A DNA stretch of 64,000 bases, taken from positions 62,001 through 126,000 of the forward strand of contig NIVC01001539.1 in the NCBI GenBank assembly GCA_002269645.1. Direction: 5' to 3'. This stretch comes from Macrostomum lignano (Eukaryota). The notes below the pieces were generated by a model, which was not told the origin of the DNA, made no database searches, and saw nothing but the letters and a program-made list of their open reading frames with translations. Positions 13,480 through 25,253 of this stretch are shown here, piece after piece (within the stretch, counting starts at the first letter, position 1; every line of letters begins with the position of its first letter). A program made the translations under genes and the position numbers.

Positions 13480-15172
13480 GCACAATGTCAAACATAAAAG
13501 AGGCACCATGTCAAACATTACATGGGCACCATGTAAAACAAATACGTGACTCTATGTCAAACATTAAAGAGCCACCATGTGAAACATTAAAGAGTCACCA
13601 TTTCGAACATTAAAGAGCCACCACGTCGAACATTAAAGTGCCACCATGTCAAACGTAAAAGAGCCACCATGAAGAACATTAAAGAGCCACCATGCCAAAC
13701 ATAAAAGAGCCACTATGTCGAACATTAAAGAGCTAGCATGTCAAACATTAAAGAGCCACCATGTCGAACATTAAAGAGCCACCATTTCGAACATAAAAGA
13801 GCCGCCATGTAAAACATTAAAGAGCCACATTGTCAAACATAAAAGAGCCACCATGTAAGACATTTAAGAGCCATCATGTGAAACATTTAAGAGCCACCAT
13901 GTCGAACATAAAAGAGCTACCATGTCAAACCTAAAAGAGCCACCATGTCAAACCTAAAAGAGCCACCATGTCGAACATAAAAGAGCTACCATGTCAAACC
14001 TAAAAGAGCCACCATGTCGAACATAAACGAACCTTTATGTCGTACATTAAAGAGCCACCATGTCAAACATTAAAGAGCCACCATGTCAAACATAAAAGAG
14101 CCACAATGTCAAACATAGAAGAGCCACAATGTCAGATATTAAAAAGCCACCGTATCAAACATAAAAGAGTTACCATGTAGAACAAAAAAGAGCCACCATG
14201 TCGAACATAAAAGAGCCACCATGTCAAGCATAAAAGAGCCACCATGTCAAACATTAAAGAGCCACCATGTCGAACATTAAAGAGCCACCATGTCAAGCAT
14301 AAAAGAGCCACCATGTCAAACATTAAAGAGCCATGTCAAACACTAAAGAGCCAACATGTCGAACATAAAAGAGCCACCATGTCAAACATTAAAGAGCCAC
14401 CATGTCAGACATTAAAGAGCCACCATGTCAAACATTAAAGAGCCACCATATCGAACACTAAAGAGCCACCATGTCAAACATATGTGACTCCATGTCGAAT
14501 ATATACGTGCCTCCATGTCACACATAAAAGGGCCACCATGTAAAACATATACATATGACTACATAACAAACATTAAACAGCCCACCATGTCGAACATTAA
14601 AGAGCCATCATGTCAAACATAAAAGAGCCACCATGTCAAACATTAAAGAGCCACCATGTCAGACATTAAAGAGCCACTATGTCAAACATAAAAGAGCCAC
14701 CATGTCAAACATTAAAGAGCCACCATATCGAACACTAAAGAGCCACCATGTCAAACATATGTGACTCCATGTCAAATATATACGTGACTCCATGTCACAC
14801 ATAAAAGAGCCACCATGTAAAACATATACATATGACTACATAACAAACATTAAACAGCCACCATGTCGAACATTAAAGAGCCATCATGTCAAACATAAAA
14901 GAGCCACCATGTCATAAATTAAAGACCCACCATGTCAAACATTAAAGAGCCACCATGTCAAACATTAAAGAGCCACCATGTCAAACATTAAAGAGCCACA
15001 TGTCGAACATAAAAGAGCCACTTTGTCAAACATCTACGAGTCACCATGTCAAGCGTATACATGACTCCATTTCAGACATTAAAGTGCCACCATGTCAAAC
15101 ATAAAAGAGCCACCAGCTCAAACATTAAAGAGCCACCATGTCAGACACAAAACAGCTACCATGTCAAACATA
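13480..15172. repeat. 23-bp satellite (CATGTCAAACATTAAAGAGCCAC) inside H1
   Basis: Periodicity is visible and explains the 23-aa period in ORFs 14244..14438 and 15092..15382. Confidence 0.95.
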
Positions 15173-15174
15173 AA

Positions 15175-16045
15175 TGGGGTGCCTACTATCTTGGAGTGCT
15201 TGCTATCTGGAGATGCGTGCTATCTGGGGGTGCTTGCTATCTGGGGGAATGCTTGCTATCTTGGGGGTTCTAGCTATCTGGGGGTGCTTGCTATTAGGTG
15301 GATGCTTGCTATCTGGGGTGCCTGCTATCTGGGGGTTCTTGCTATCTGGGGGTGCTTGCTATCTGGGGGTGCTTGCTATTAGGTGGATGCTTGCTATCTG
15401 GGGTGCCTGCTATCTGGGGGTGCTTGCTATCTGGAGATGCTTGCTATCTGGGGGTGCTTGCTATTAGGTGGATGCTTGCTATCTGGGGTGCCTGCTATCT
15501 GGGGGTGCTTGCTATCTAGAGATGCTTGCTATCTGGGGGTGCTTGCTATCTGGGGGTGCTTGCTATTAGGTGGATGCTTGCTATTAGGTGGATGCTTGCT
15601 ATCTGGGGTGCTTGCTATTAGGTGGATGCTTGCTATCTGGGGGTGCTTGCTATCTGGAGATGCTTGCTATCTGGGGGTGCTTGCTATCTGGGGGTGCTTG
15701 CTATCTAAGGGTGCTTGCTATTAGGTGGATGCTTGCTATCTTGGGGTGCTTGCTATTAGGTGGATGCTTGCTATCTGGGGTGCCTGCTATCTGGGGTGCT
15801 TGCTATCTAGAGATGCTTGCTACTTGGGGTGCTTGCTATCTGGGGTGCTTGCTATCTGGGGGTGCTTGCTATCTAAGGGTGCTTGCTATTAGGTGGATGC
15901 TTGCTATCTGGGGTGCCTGCTATCTGGGGGTGCTTGCTTGGAGATGCTTGCTATCTGGGGATGCTTGCTATCTAAGGGTGCTTGCTATTAGGTGGATGCT
16001 TGCTATCTGGGGGTGCTTGCTATCTGGGGGGTTGCTTGCTGTCCT
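15175..16045. repeat. 16-17-bp satellite (GGGGTGCTTGCTATCT), about 50 copies, inside H1
   Basis: Periodicity is directly visible. Confidence 0.95.
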
Positions 16046-16186
16046 GGGATATTTTTTTGCATTGCACTTCATTTGAGCAGTTTTTCTATTGTCTATGTGA
16101 AGGCTTTATTTGGCCGTCTTTTTGATACTTTTAGAGTGCCAGAGATTCTATCTAGATGCCCCCCATCGGGGGGCGAAGATTGCTAG

Positions 16187-19100
16187 TCTAATATACTAAA
16201 AATGAAATGCTTGGTTGCTTGCTTGTAATTGATTTTCTCCCGAACGGCTCAACCGATTTTCTTCAAACTTGCACCATTCGATCAGAAATTTTCCCGGGAC
16301 GGTACATGCATATTGGCTAAGAAATTGCTCAATGTTAAAGGCATTAAATATTCGAAAAACATGATTTTTTGCAAAGGTCAAGCAGCTCTTTCGACCTGAA
16401 ATGCATTGTAAGAATGCTAGAGAAAAAACTGACTGACTGAATTCCGATTGTGATAAAGATTGCATCACAACAAGTTGAAAACAGTGCCGAACAAATGCAC
16501 ACAAAACTTGAATGAAATTGCGTAACCATATTGCCAACTTAAATTGAGACTGATTCTGGCTGACTGAGAAATTGATTATGTCATAATTTTTTACTCCAAT
16601 TGACTTGCTGTAAGAATTGAATTATAAGGGCCACAATTCATGTTCTCCAATTGAAAAGAGATAGCCCTGATGCGAACAGACTGGAATGCTAATGTAGCGA
16701 CCTGGGTTCGAATCTTAGTATTGCAAAAAGATTTTTTTTATTAAAACACCCTAAAAACACAACAAAACTGCTAAACATCAAAGAAGCGCAATTTCAAACA
16801 TAGAAGAGCCAACATATCGAACATAAAAGAGTTACCATGTCAAACATGGAAGAGCCACCATGTCGAACATTAAAGAGCCACCATGTCAAACATAAAAGAC
16901 CCACCATGTCAAACATAAAAGAGCCACCATGTCAAACATAAAACAGCCACCATGTCAAACATAAAAGAGCTACCATTTCGAACATTAAAGAGCCACCATT
17001 TTGAACATTAAAGAGCCACCATTTCGAACATTAAAGAGCCCCCATTTTAAACATTAAAGAGCCACCATGTCAAACAATTAAGAGCCACCATGTCATTGCA
17101 AAAAGATTTTTTTTATTAAAACACCCTAAAAACACAACAAAACTGCTAAACATCAAAGAAGCGCAATGTCAAACATAGAAGAGCCAACATATCGAACATA
17201 AAAGAGTTACCATGTCAAACATGGAAGAGCCACCATGTCGAACATTAAAGAGCCACCATGTCAAACATAAAAGACCCACCATGTCAAACATAAAAGAGCC
17301 ACCATGTCAAACATAAAAGAGCCACCATGTCAAACATAAAAGAGCTACCATTTCGAACATTAAAGAGCCACCATTTTGAACATTAAAGAGCCACCATTTC
17401 GAACATTAAAGAGCCCCCATTTTAAACATTAAAGAGCCACCATGTCAAACAATTAAGAGCCACCATGTCAAACATTTAGGAGCCACCATGTCAAACATTT
17501 AAGAGCCACTATGTCAAACATTTTAGAGCCACCATGTCAAACATATATGTGACGTTATGTCAAACATTAAAGAGCCACCATGTCGAACATTAAAGAGCCA
17601 CCATGTGTAACATAAAAGGGCTATATCATGAAGAACATTAAAGAGCTACCATGTCGAACATTAGAGAGCCACCATATAGAATTTTAAAGAGCCACCATAT
17701 AGAATTTTAAAGAGCCACCATGTTAAACATTAAAGAGCCACCATGTGAAACATTAAAGAGCCACCATGTCAAACATTTAGGAGCCACCATGTCAAACCTA
17801 AAAGAGCCACCATGTCGAACATAAAAGAGCCACCATTTCAAACATTGAAGAGCCACCATTTCGAACATTAAAGAGCCACCATGTCAAACAATTAAGAGCC
17901 ACCATGTCAAACATATATGTGACGTTATGTCAAACATTAAAGAGCCACCATTTCAAACATTAAAGAGACACCATGTCTAACATTAAAGTGCCACAATTTC
18001 AAACATTAAAGATCCATCATGTCGAACATTAAAGAGCCACCATGTCTGACATTAAAGAGCCACAATTTCTAACATTAAAGAGCCACCATGTCCAACATAT
18101 ATGTGACTTCATGTCAAACATTAAAGAGCCACCATGTCTAACATTAAAGAGCCACCATGTCGAACATTAAAGAGCCACCATGTCAAACATTAAAGAGCCA
18201 CCATGTCGAACATTAAAGAGCCACCATGTCCAACATATATGTGACTTCATGTCAAACATTAAAGAGCCATCAGGTCGAACATTAAAGAGCCACCATGTCA
18301 AATATAAAAGGACCACCATGTCAAACATTAAAGAGGCACCATGTCAAAAATTAACAGCCACCATGTCTAACATTAAAGAGCCACCATGTCGAACATTAAA
18401 GAGCCACCAAGTCGAACATTATAGAGCCACCATGTCGAACATTAAAGAACTACCATTTCGAACATTAAAGAGCCACCATGTCGAAAATAAAAAAGCCACC
18501 ATGTAGAACATTAAAGAGCCACCATGTTAAACATTAAAGAGCCACCATGTGAAACATTAAAGAGCCACCATGTCAAACATTAAAGAGCCATCATTACATT
18601 AAAGTGCCACCAGGTCAAAAATTAAAGAGCCACCATGTCAAACATTAACGAGTCACCATGTCAAGTATATTCGTGACTCCATGTCAACCATAAAAGAGCC
18701 ACCATGTCAAACATAAAAGAGCCACCACGTCAAACATTAAAGAGCCACCATGTCAAACATAAAAGAGCCACCATGTCAAACATAAAAGAGCCATCATGTT
18801 AAACATTAAAGAGCCACCATGTCAAACATAAAAGAGCCACCATGTCAAAAATAAAAGAGCAACCATGTCAAACATATATGTGACTCCATGTCAAGCAGTA
18901 AAGAGCCACCATGTCAAGCATAAAAAAGCCACCATGTCGAACATAAAAGAGCCCCATGTCAAACATTAAAAAGCCACAATGTCAAACATTAAAGAGACAC
19001 CATGTCGAACATCATGTCAAACACTAAAGAGCCACCATGTCAAACATAAAAGAGCCACTATGTCAACCATAAAAGAGCCGCTATGTCAAACATTAAGGAG

Positions 19101-20712
19101 ACACCATGTTAGACATTAAAAAAACCCCGAATCAAACATAAAAGAGCCACCATGTAGAACATAAAAGAGCCATCATGTCAAACATTAAAGAGGCACCATG
19201 TCGAACATTAAAAAGCCACCATGTCAAACATTAAAGAGCCACCATGTCGAACATAAAAAAACCACCATGTCCAACATAAAAGAGCCACCATGTCAAACAT
19301 TAAAGAGCCACCATGTCGAACATAAAAGAACCACCATGTCGAACATTAAAGAGCCACCATGTCGAACATTAAAAAGCCACCATGTCGAACATAAAAGAAC
19401 CACCATGTCGAACATAAAAGAGCCACCATGTCAAACATTAAAGAGGCACCATGTCGAACATAAAAAAGCCACCATGTCGAACATTATAGAGCCACCATGT
19501 CGAACATAAAAGAACCACCATGTCGAACATAAAAGAGCCACCATGTCGAACATAAAAGAGCCACTATGTCAAACATTAAATAGCCATTATGTCGAACATT
19601 AAAGAGCCACCATGTCCAACATATATGTGACTCCATGTTAAACATTAAAGAGCCGTCATGTCAAACATAACAGAGCCAGCATGTCAAACATAAAAGGACC
19701 ACCATGTCAAACAATAAAGAGGCACCATGTCGAACATTAAAAAGCCACCATGTTTAACATTAAAGAGCCACCATGTCGAACATTAAAGAGCTGCCATGTC
19801 GAAAATAAAAAAGCCACCATGTAGAACATTAAAGAGCCATCATGTCAAACATAAAAGAGCCACCATTTCAAACATTAAAGATCCATCATTACATTAAGGT
19901 GCCACCATGTCAAACATTAAAGAGTCACCATGTCAAACATTAACGAGTCACCATGTCAAGTATATTCGTGACTCCATGTCAACCATAAAAGAGCCACCAT
20001 GTCAAACATAAAAGAGCCACCACGTCAAACATTAAAGAGCCACCATGTCAAACATTAAAGAGCCACCATGTCAAACATAAAAGAGCCACCATGTCAAACA
20101 TAAAAGAGCCATCATGTTAAACATTAAAGAGCCACCATGTCAAACATAAAAGAGCCACCATGTCAAAAATAAAAGAGCCACCATGTCAAACATATATGTG
20201 ACTCCATGTCAAGCAGTAAAGAGCCACCATGTCAAGCAGTAAAGAGCCACCATGTCAAGCATAAAAAAGCCACCATGTCGAACATAAAAGAGCCCCATGT
20301 CAAACATTAAAGAGCCACAATGTCAAACATTAAAGAGACACCATGTCGAACATCATGTCAAACACTAAAGAGCCACCATAAAAGATACACAATTTCAAAC
20401 GTAAAAGTAAGCGTCATGCCAATTTTAAAGGAACCACTGTAGAGCTTAGGAAATTGTTGCACTAGCTACTTATTGTCTGGGGGATGCTTGCCATTTGGGG
20501 GATGCTTGCTATCTGGGGGATGCTTGCTATCTGAGGGATGCTTGCCATCTGGGGGATGCTTGTTGTCTTGGGATAATTTCTTTTTGCATTACACTTTATT
20601 TGAGCAGTTTGTCTGTTGTCTTTGTGAAGGCTTTATTTGGCTGTCTTTTTGTTACTTGAAGAGAACAGAGATTCTATCCAGATTTCCCCCAACGGGGGGC
20701 GAAGATTGCTAG
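16187..20712 (+). mobile_element. Non-autonomous Helitron-like element H2
   Basis: CTAG|TCTAATATACTAAAAATG junction. 3' CCCCC-AAC-GGGGG hairpin, then GAAGATTG-CTAG (20709-20712). Colinear with H1. Confidence 0.85.
16790..20380. repeat. 23-bp satellite (same family as in H1) inside H2, about 150 copies
   Basis: Periodicity is visible, with higher-order duplications. Confidence 0.95.
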
Positions 20713-21066
20713 TCTAAATATACTAAATCTCTAAGGTTTGTATGCTTGAATGAATGAATGTCCATAACGCTCTAGAGCGAGCAATTCTTCACCGATTTTG
20801 ATCGCGTTTTCGCCAAAAGATTTGTGATCAGCCTGGGATTGTATGGTTAAAATTTCTTGTATCTGCTTCAATGCTAAAGGGATTAAATATTCGAAAAACT
20901 GTTTTAAATGGCCTTTTTCAATGCAAATTTTATCAGCCAGAAACTTCACTGCCAATTTTAATTGATTGCGCCAGAGCCAACTGATAAGAAAACTCACTCC
21001 GCTCCACTTAAAGGGGGGCAATAAAAAAATTATTCTGGCTGCTGGCAGCCAGCTCTAATTAGCTAG
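20713..21066 (+). mobile_element. Short (354 bp) non-autonomous Helitron-like element H3
   Basis: CTAG|TCTAAATATACTAAA start, (GAAT)n tract, CCGATTTT. 3' hairpin CTGGCTG-CTGG-CAGCCAG (21035-21052), then CTAG at 21063-21066. Confidence 0.75.
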
Positions 21067-21667
21067 TCCTATATACTAAAAATGAAAATCTTGCTTGCTT
21101 GCTTGTAATCGATTAGAGAAAAAAATGGCTTAACCGATTTTCATGAGACTTGCACTGTTTGATCAGAAATTTTCCCGTGACGGTACATGCATCTTGGCTA
21201 AGAAATTGCTCCATGTTAAAGCGATTAAATATTCGAAAAACATGCTTTTTTGCAAAGGTCAAGCAAACTTTTCGACTTGAAATGCATTGTAAGAATGCTA
21301 GAGAAAAAACTGACTGGTTGAATTCTGATTCTGAAATAGATTGCATCATAACTGAATTGTAACTCTGACTTGAATTGAAAATGCAGTGTGGAAGCGTAGC
21401 ACCAGACTTGATTTAAATTGCGTAACCATATTGTTAACTGATACTGACTGACTGAGAAATTGATTATGTCATAACTGCCTCGTGTGATTTACTCCATGCT
21501 TGGAGTTTTGAAACTTATAATTATAAGTGCTAAAATTCATGTTATCAAAACGATGAGAGCTAGCCTAGAGGTAAACAGACTGACTGCTAAATGCAGGGAC
21601 GATGGTTCGAATTTTGAGAGAGTGGAATTTTTTTAATTAAAGCTTTTTAACACCAAGAAGAAAACTA

Positions 21668-24395
21668 AAAAATCATAGAAGCGTCATGTAAAAAATCATA
21701 GAAGCGTCATGTAAAAAATCATAGAAGCGTCATGTAAAAAATCATAGAAGCGTCATGTAAAAAATCATGGAAGCGTCATGAAAAAATCATAGGAGCGTCA
21801 TGAAAAAATCATAGAAGCGTCCTGCAGAAATCGTAGAAGCATCATGTAAAAAATCATAGAAGCGTCCTGCAGAAATCGTAGAAGCATCATGTAAAAAATC
21901 ATAGAAGCGTCCTGCAGAAATCGTAGAAGCATCATGTAAAAATCATAGAAGCGTCATGTAAAAAATCATAGAAGCGTCATGTAAAAAATCATAGAAGCGT
22001 CATGTAAAAAATCATGGAAGCGTCATGAAAAAATCATAGGAGCGTCATGAAAAAATCATAGAAGCGTCCTGCAGAAATCGTAGAAGCATCATGTAAAAAA
22101 TCATAGAAGCGTCCTGCAGAAATCGTAGAAGCATCATGTAAAAATCATAGAAGCGTCATGTAAAAAATCGTGGAAGCGTCATGAAAATATCATAGAAGCG
22201 TCATGTAAAAAATCATAGAAGCGTCATGAAAAAATCATAGAAGTGTCATGTAAAAAATCATGGAAGCGTCATGTAAAAAATCATAGAAGCGTCATGTAAA
22301 AATCATAGAAGCGTCATGTAAAAATCATAGAAGCGTCATGTAAAAATCATAGAAGCGTCATGAAAAAATCATAGAAGTGTCATGTAAAAAATCATGGAAG
22401 CGTCATGTAAAAAATCATAGAAGCGTCATGTAAAAATCATAGTAGCGTCATGTAAAAAATCATAGAAGCGTCATGAAAAAATCATAGAAGCGTCATGAAA
22501 AAAACATAGGAGCGTCATGAAAAAATCATAGAAGCGTCATGTAAAAATCATAGAAGCGTCATGTAAACAATCATAGAAGCGTCCTGCAGATATCGTAGAA
22601 GCGTCATGAAATAATCATAGAAGCGTCATGTAAAAAGCATAGAAGCGTCATGTAAAAAATCATGGAAGCGTCATGTAAAAATCATAGAAGCGTCATGAAA
22701 AAATCATAGAAGTGTCATGTAAAAAATCATGGAAGCGTCATGTAAAAAATCATAGAAGCGTCATGTAAAAATCATAGAAGCGTCATGTAAAAATCATAGA
22801 AGCGTCATGTAAAAAATCATAGAAGCGTCATGTAAAAATCATAGTAGCGTCATGTAAAAAATCATAGAAGCGTCATGAAAAAATCATAGAAGCGTCATGA
22901 AAAAAACATAGGAGCGTCATGAAAAAATCATAGAAGCGTCATGTAAAAATCATAGAAGCGTCATGTAAACAATCATAGAAGCGTCCTGCAGATATCGTAG
23001 AAGCGTCATGAAATAATCATAGAAGCGTCATGTAAAAAGCATAGAAGCGTCATGTAAAAAATCATGGAAGCGTCATGAAAAAATCATAGGAGCGTCATGA
23101 AAAAATCATAGAAGCGTCCTGCAGAAATCGTAGAAGCATCATGTAAAAAATCATAGAAGCGTCCTGCAGAAATCGTAGAAGCATCATGTAAAAATCATAG
23201 AAGCGTCATGTAAAAAATCGTGGAAGCGTCATGAAAATATCATAGAAGCGTCATGTAAAAAATCATAGAAGCGTCATGTAAACAATCATAGAAGCGTCAT
23301 GTAAAAATCATAGAAGCGTCATGTAAACAATCATAGAAGCGTCATGTAAACAATCATAGAAGCGTCATGTAAAAAATCATAGAAGCGTCATGTAAACAAT
23401 CATAGAAGCGTCATGTAAACAATCATAGAAGCGTCATGTAAACAATCATAGAAGCGTCATGTAAACAATCATAGAAGCGTCATGTAAACAATCATAGAAG
23501 CGTCATGTAAAAAATCGTAGAAGCGTCATATAAAAATCATAGAAGCGCCATTTAAAAAATCATAGAAGCGTCATGTAAACAATCATAGAAGCGTCATGTA
23601 AACAATCATAGAAGCGTCATGTAAACAATCATAGAAGCGTCATGTAAAAAAATCATAGAAGCGTCATGTAAAAAAATCATAGAAGCGTCATGTTAAAATC
23701 ATAGAAGCGTCATGTAAAAATCATAGAAGCGTCATGTAAACAATCATATAAGCGTCATGTAAACAATCATAGAAGCGTCATGTAAACAATCATATAAGCG
23801 TCATGTAAACAATCATAGAAGCGTCATGTAAAAAATCATAGAAGCGTCATGTAAAAATCATAGAAGCGTCATGTAAAAATCATAGAAGCGTCATGTAAAC
23901 AATCATATAAGCTTCATGTAAACAATCATAGAAGCGTCATGTAAACAATCATAGAAGCGTCATGTAAACAATCATAGAAGCGTCATGTAAAAAATCATAG
24001 AAGCGTCATGTAAAAATCATAGAAGCGTCATGTAAAAATCATAGAAGCGTCATGAAAAAATCATAGAAGCGTCATGTAAAAATCATAGAAGCGTCATGTA
24101 AAAATCATAGAAGCGTCATGTAAAAAATCATAGAAGCGTCATGTAAACAATCATACAAGCGTCATGTAAACAATCATAGAAGCGTCATGTAAACAATCAT
24201 AAAAGCGTCATGTAAACAAGCATAGAAGCGTCATGTTAACATAGAAGCGTCATGAAAAAATCATAGAAGCCTCATATATAAACTAATGAAAGTGTCATTT
24301 AAAAAATTAAGAAGCATCATGGAAGAATAAAAGAAGCGTAACGTAAAAATCAAAAGAAGCGTCATGTCAGACATAAAAGAAGTGTCATGTAAAAA
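21668..24395. repeat. 22-23-bp satellite (CATAGAAGCGTCATGTAAAAAAT) inside H4, about 120 copies
   Basis: Periodicity is directly visible. Confidence 0.96.
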
Positions 24396-25213
24396 TTAAA
24401 TGAAGCTATTGTGCTGTGCTGGGGAGAATCACTGAGACGTCAAGGCTCACAGAGAATAACTGAGATTACAGGGGGGTTTCTGAGATGTTAAAGCAAAAGT
24501 CAGAAGCTACTTCAAAGTACATGTACTTTACTTAAGTTTTTTTATTGCATTCTTTGTTGGCTTGCCACGGTGGGGGGGGGCGCTGATAGAAGAAGAGTCA
24601 TGTAAAAATAAAAGGAGCACTATGTATACATAAAATAAAAGTCATGTCAAAGTTAAAAGATTCATTTGGGAATTGCTACGATGTCAAAGCTTGGAGGGAA
24701 TCGTTATAGTGCTGTGATTCTTAAAGAAGGAATCACTTAAATGCCAAGGCTTAGGGAAGAAGAATTGCTGTGATTTCAAGGCTTTAGGTTGGGTGAAAGT
24801 TAGGTTTACGTCAGGTTTGGGTTGAGGGTTAGATTTTAGCGCGTTTCAAGGTTAACAGGGGATTTTTTAGATTTCAAGGTTTATGGGGGGCATCGCTGAC
24901 ATGTCAAGGCTTACGAGGGGAATCTATCTATCTATCTATAGCTGAGATGTCAAGGCTCACGGGGAATAAATGAGATGTCAAGGCTAATGTCAGAAGCTAC
25001 ATGTAGTTTATTGGAAAAAAGTTATTACATTATTTGTTGGCTCCTCACGGAGGGATCGCTGATAGAAAAAGCGTAATGTAAAAAAAAGAAGCTTCATGTC
25101 AAAGTTAAGAGATTCATTTGGGAATCCCTACGATGTCGAGGCTTGCAGGGAATCGCTATAATGCTGTAGTAGTGCTATAGACTCTTAGAGAGAATTACTG
25201 AAATTTCAATGCT

Positions 25214-25253
25214 TTAGGGTTAGGGTTAGGGTTAGGGTTAGGGTTAGGGTTAG
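25214..25253 (+). repeat. Interstitial telomeric repeat (TTAGGG)6 inside H4
   Basis: Six perfect TTAGGG units followed by TTAG. Confidence 0.9.

Larger units (their letters stand above)
12881..16186 (+). mobile_element. Non-autonomous Helitron-like element H1 with two internal satellites
   Basis: 5' TCGTATATACTAAAAATG, then a short microsatellite tract and CCGATTTT. 3' hairpin GCCCCCC-ATC-GGGGGGC, then GAAGATTG-CTAG (16183-16186). Non-repetitive parts are homologous to H2 and H4. Confidence 0.8.

Noticed and set aside
14132-19509. MSNIKEPPC and CLLSGG ORFs
   Set aside because: Artefacts of the 23-bp and 16-17-bp satellites.
25214-25253. True chromosome end
   Set aside because: Only six units, embedded in an element with ordinary sequence on both sides.
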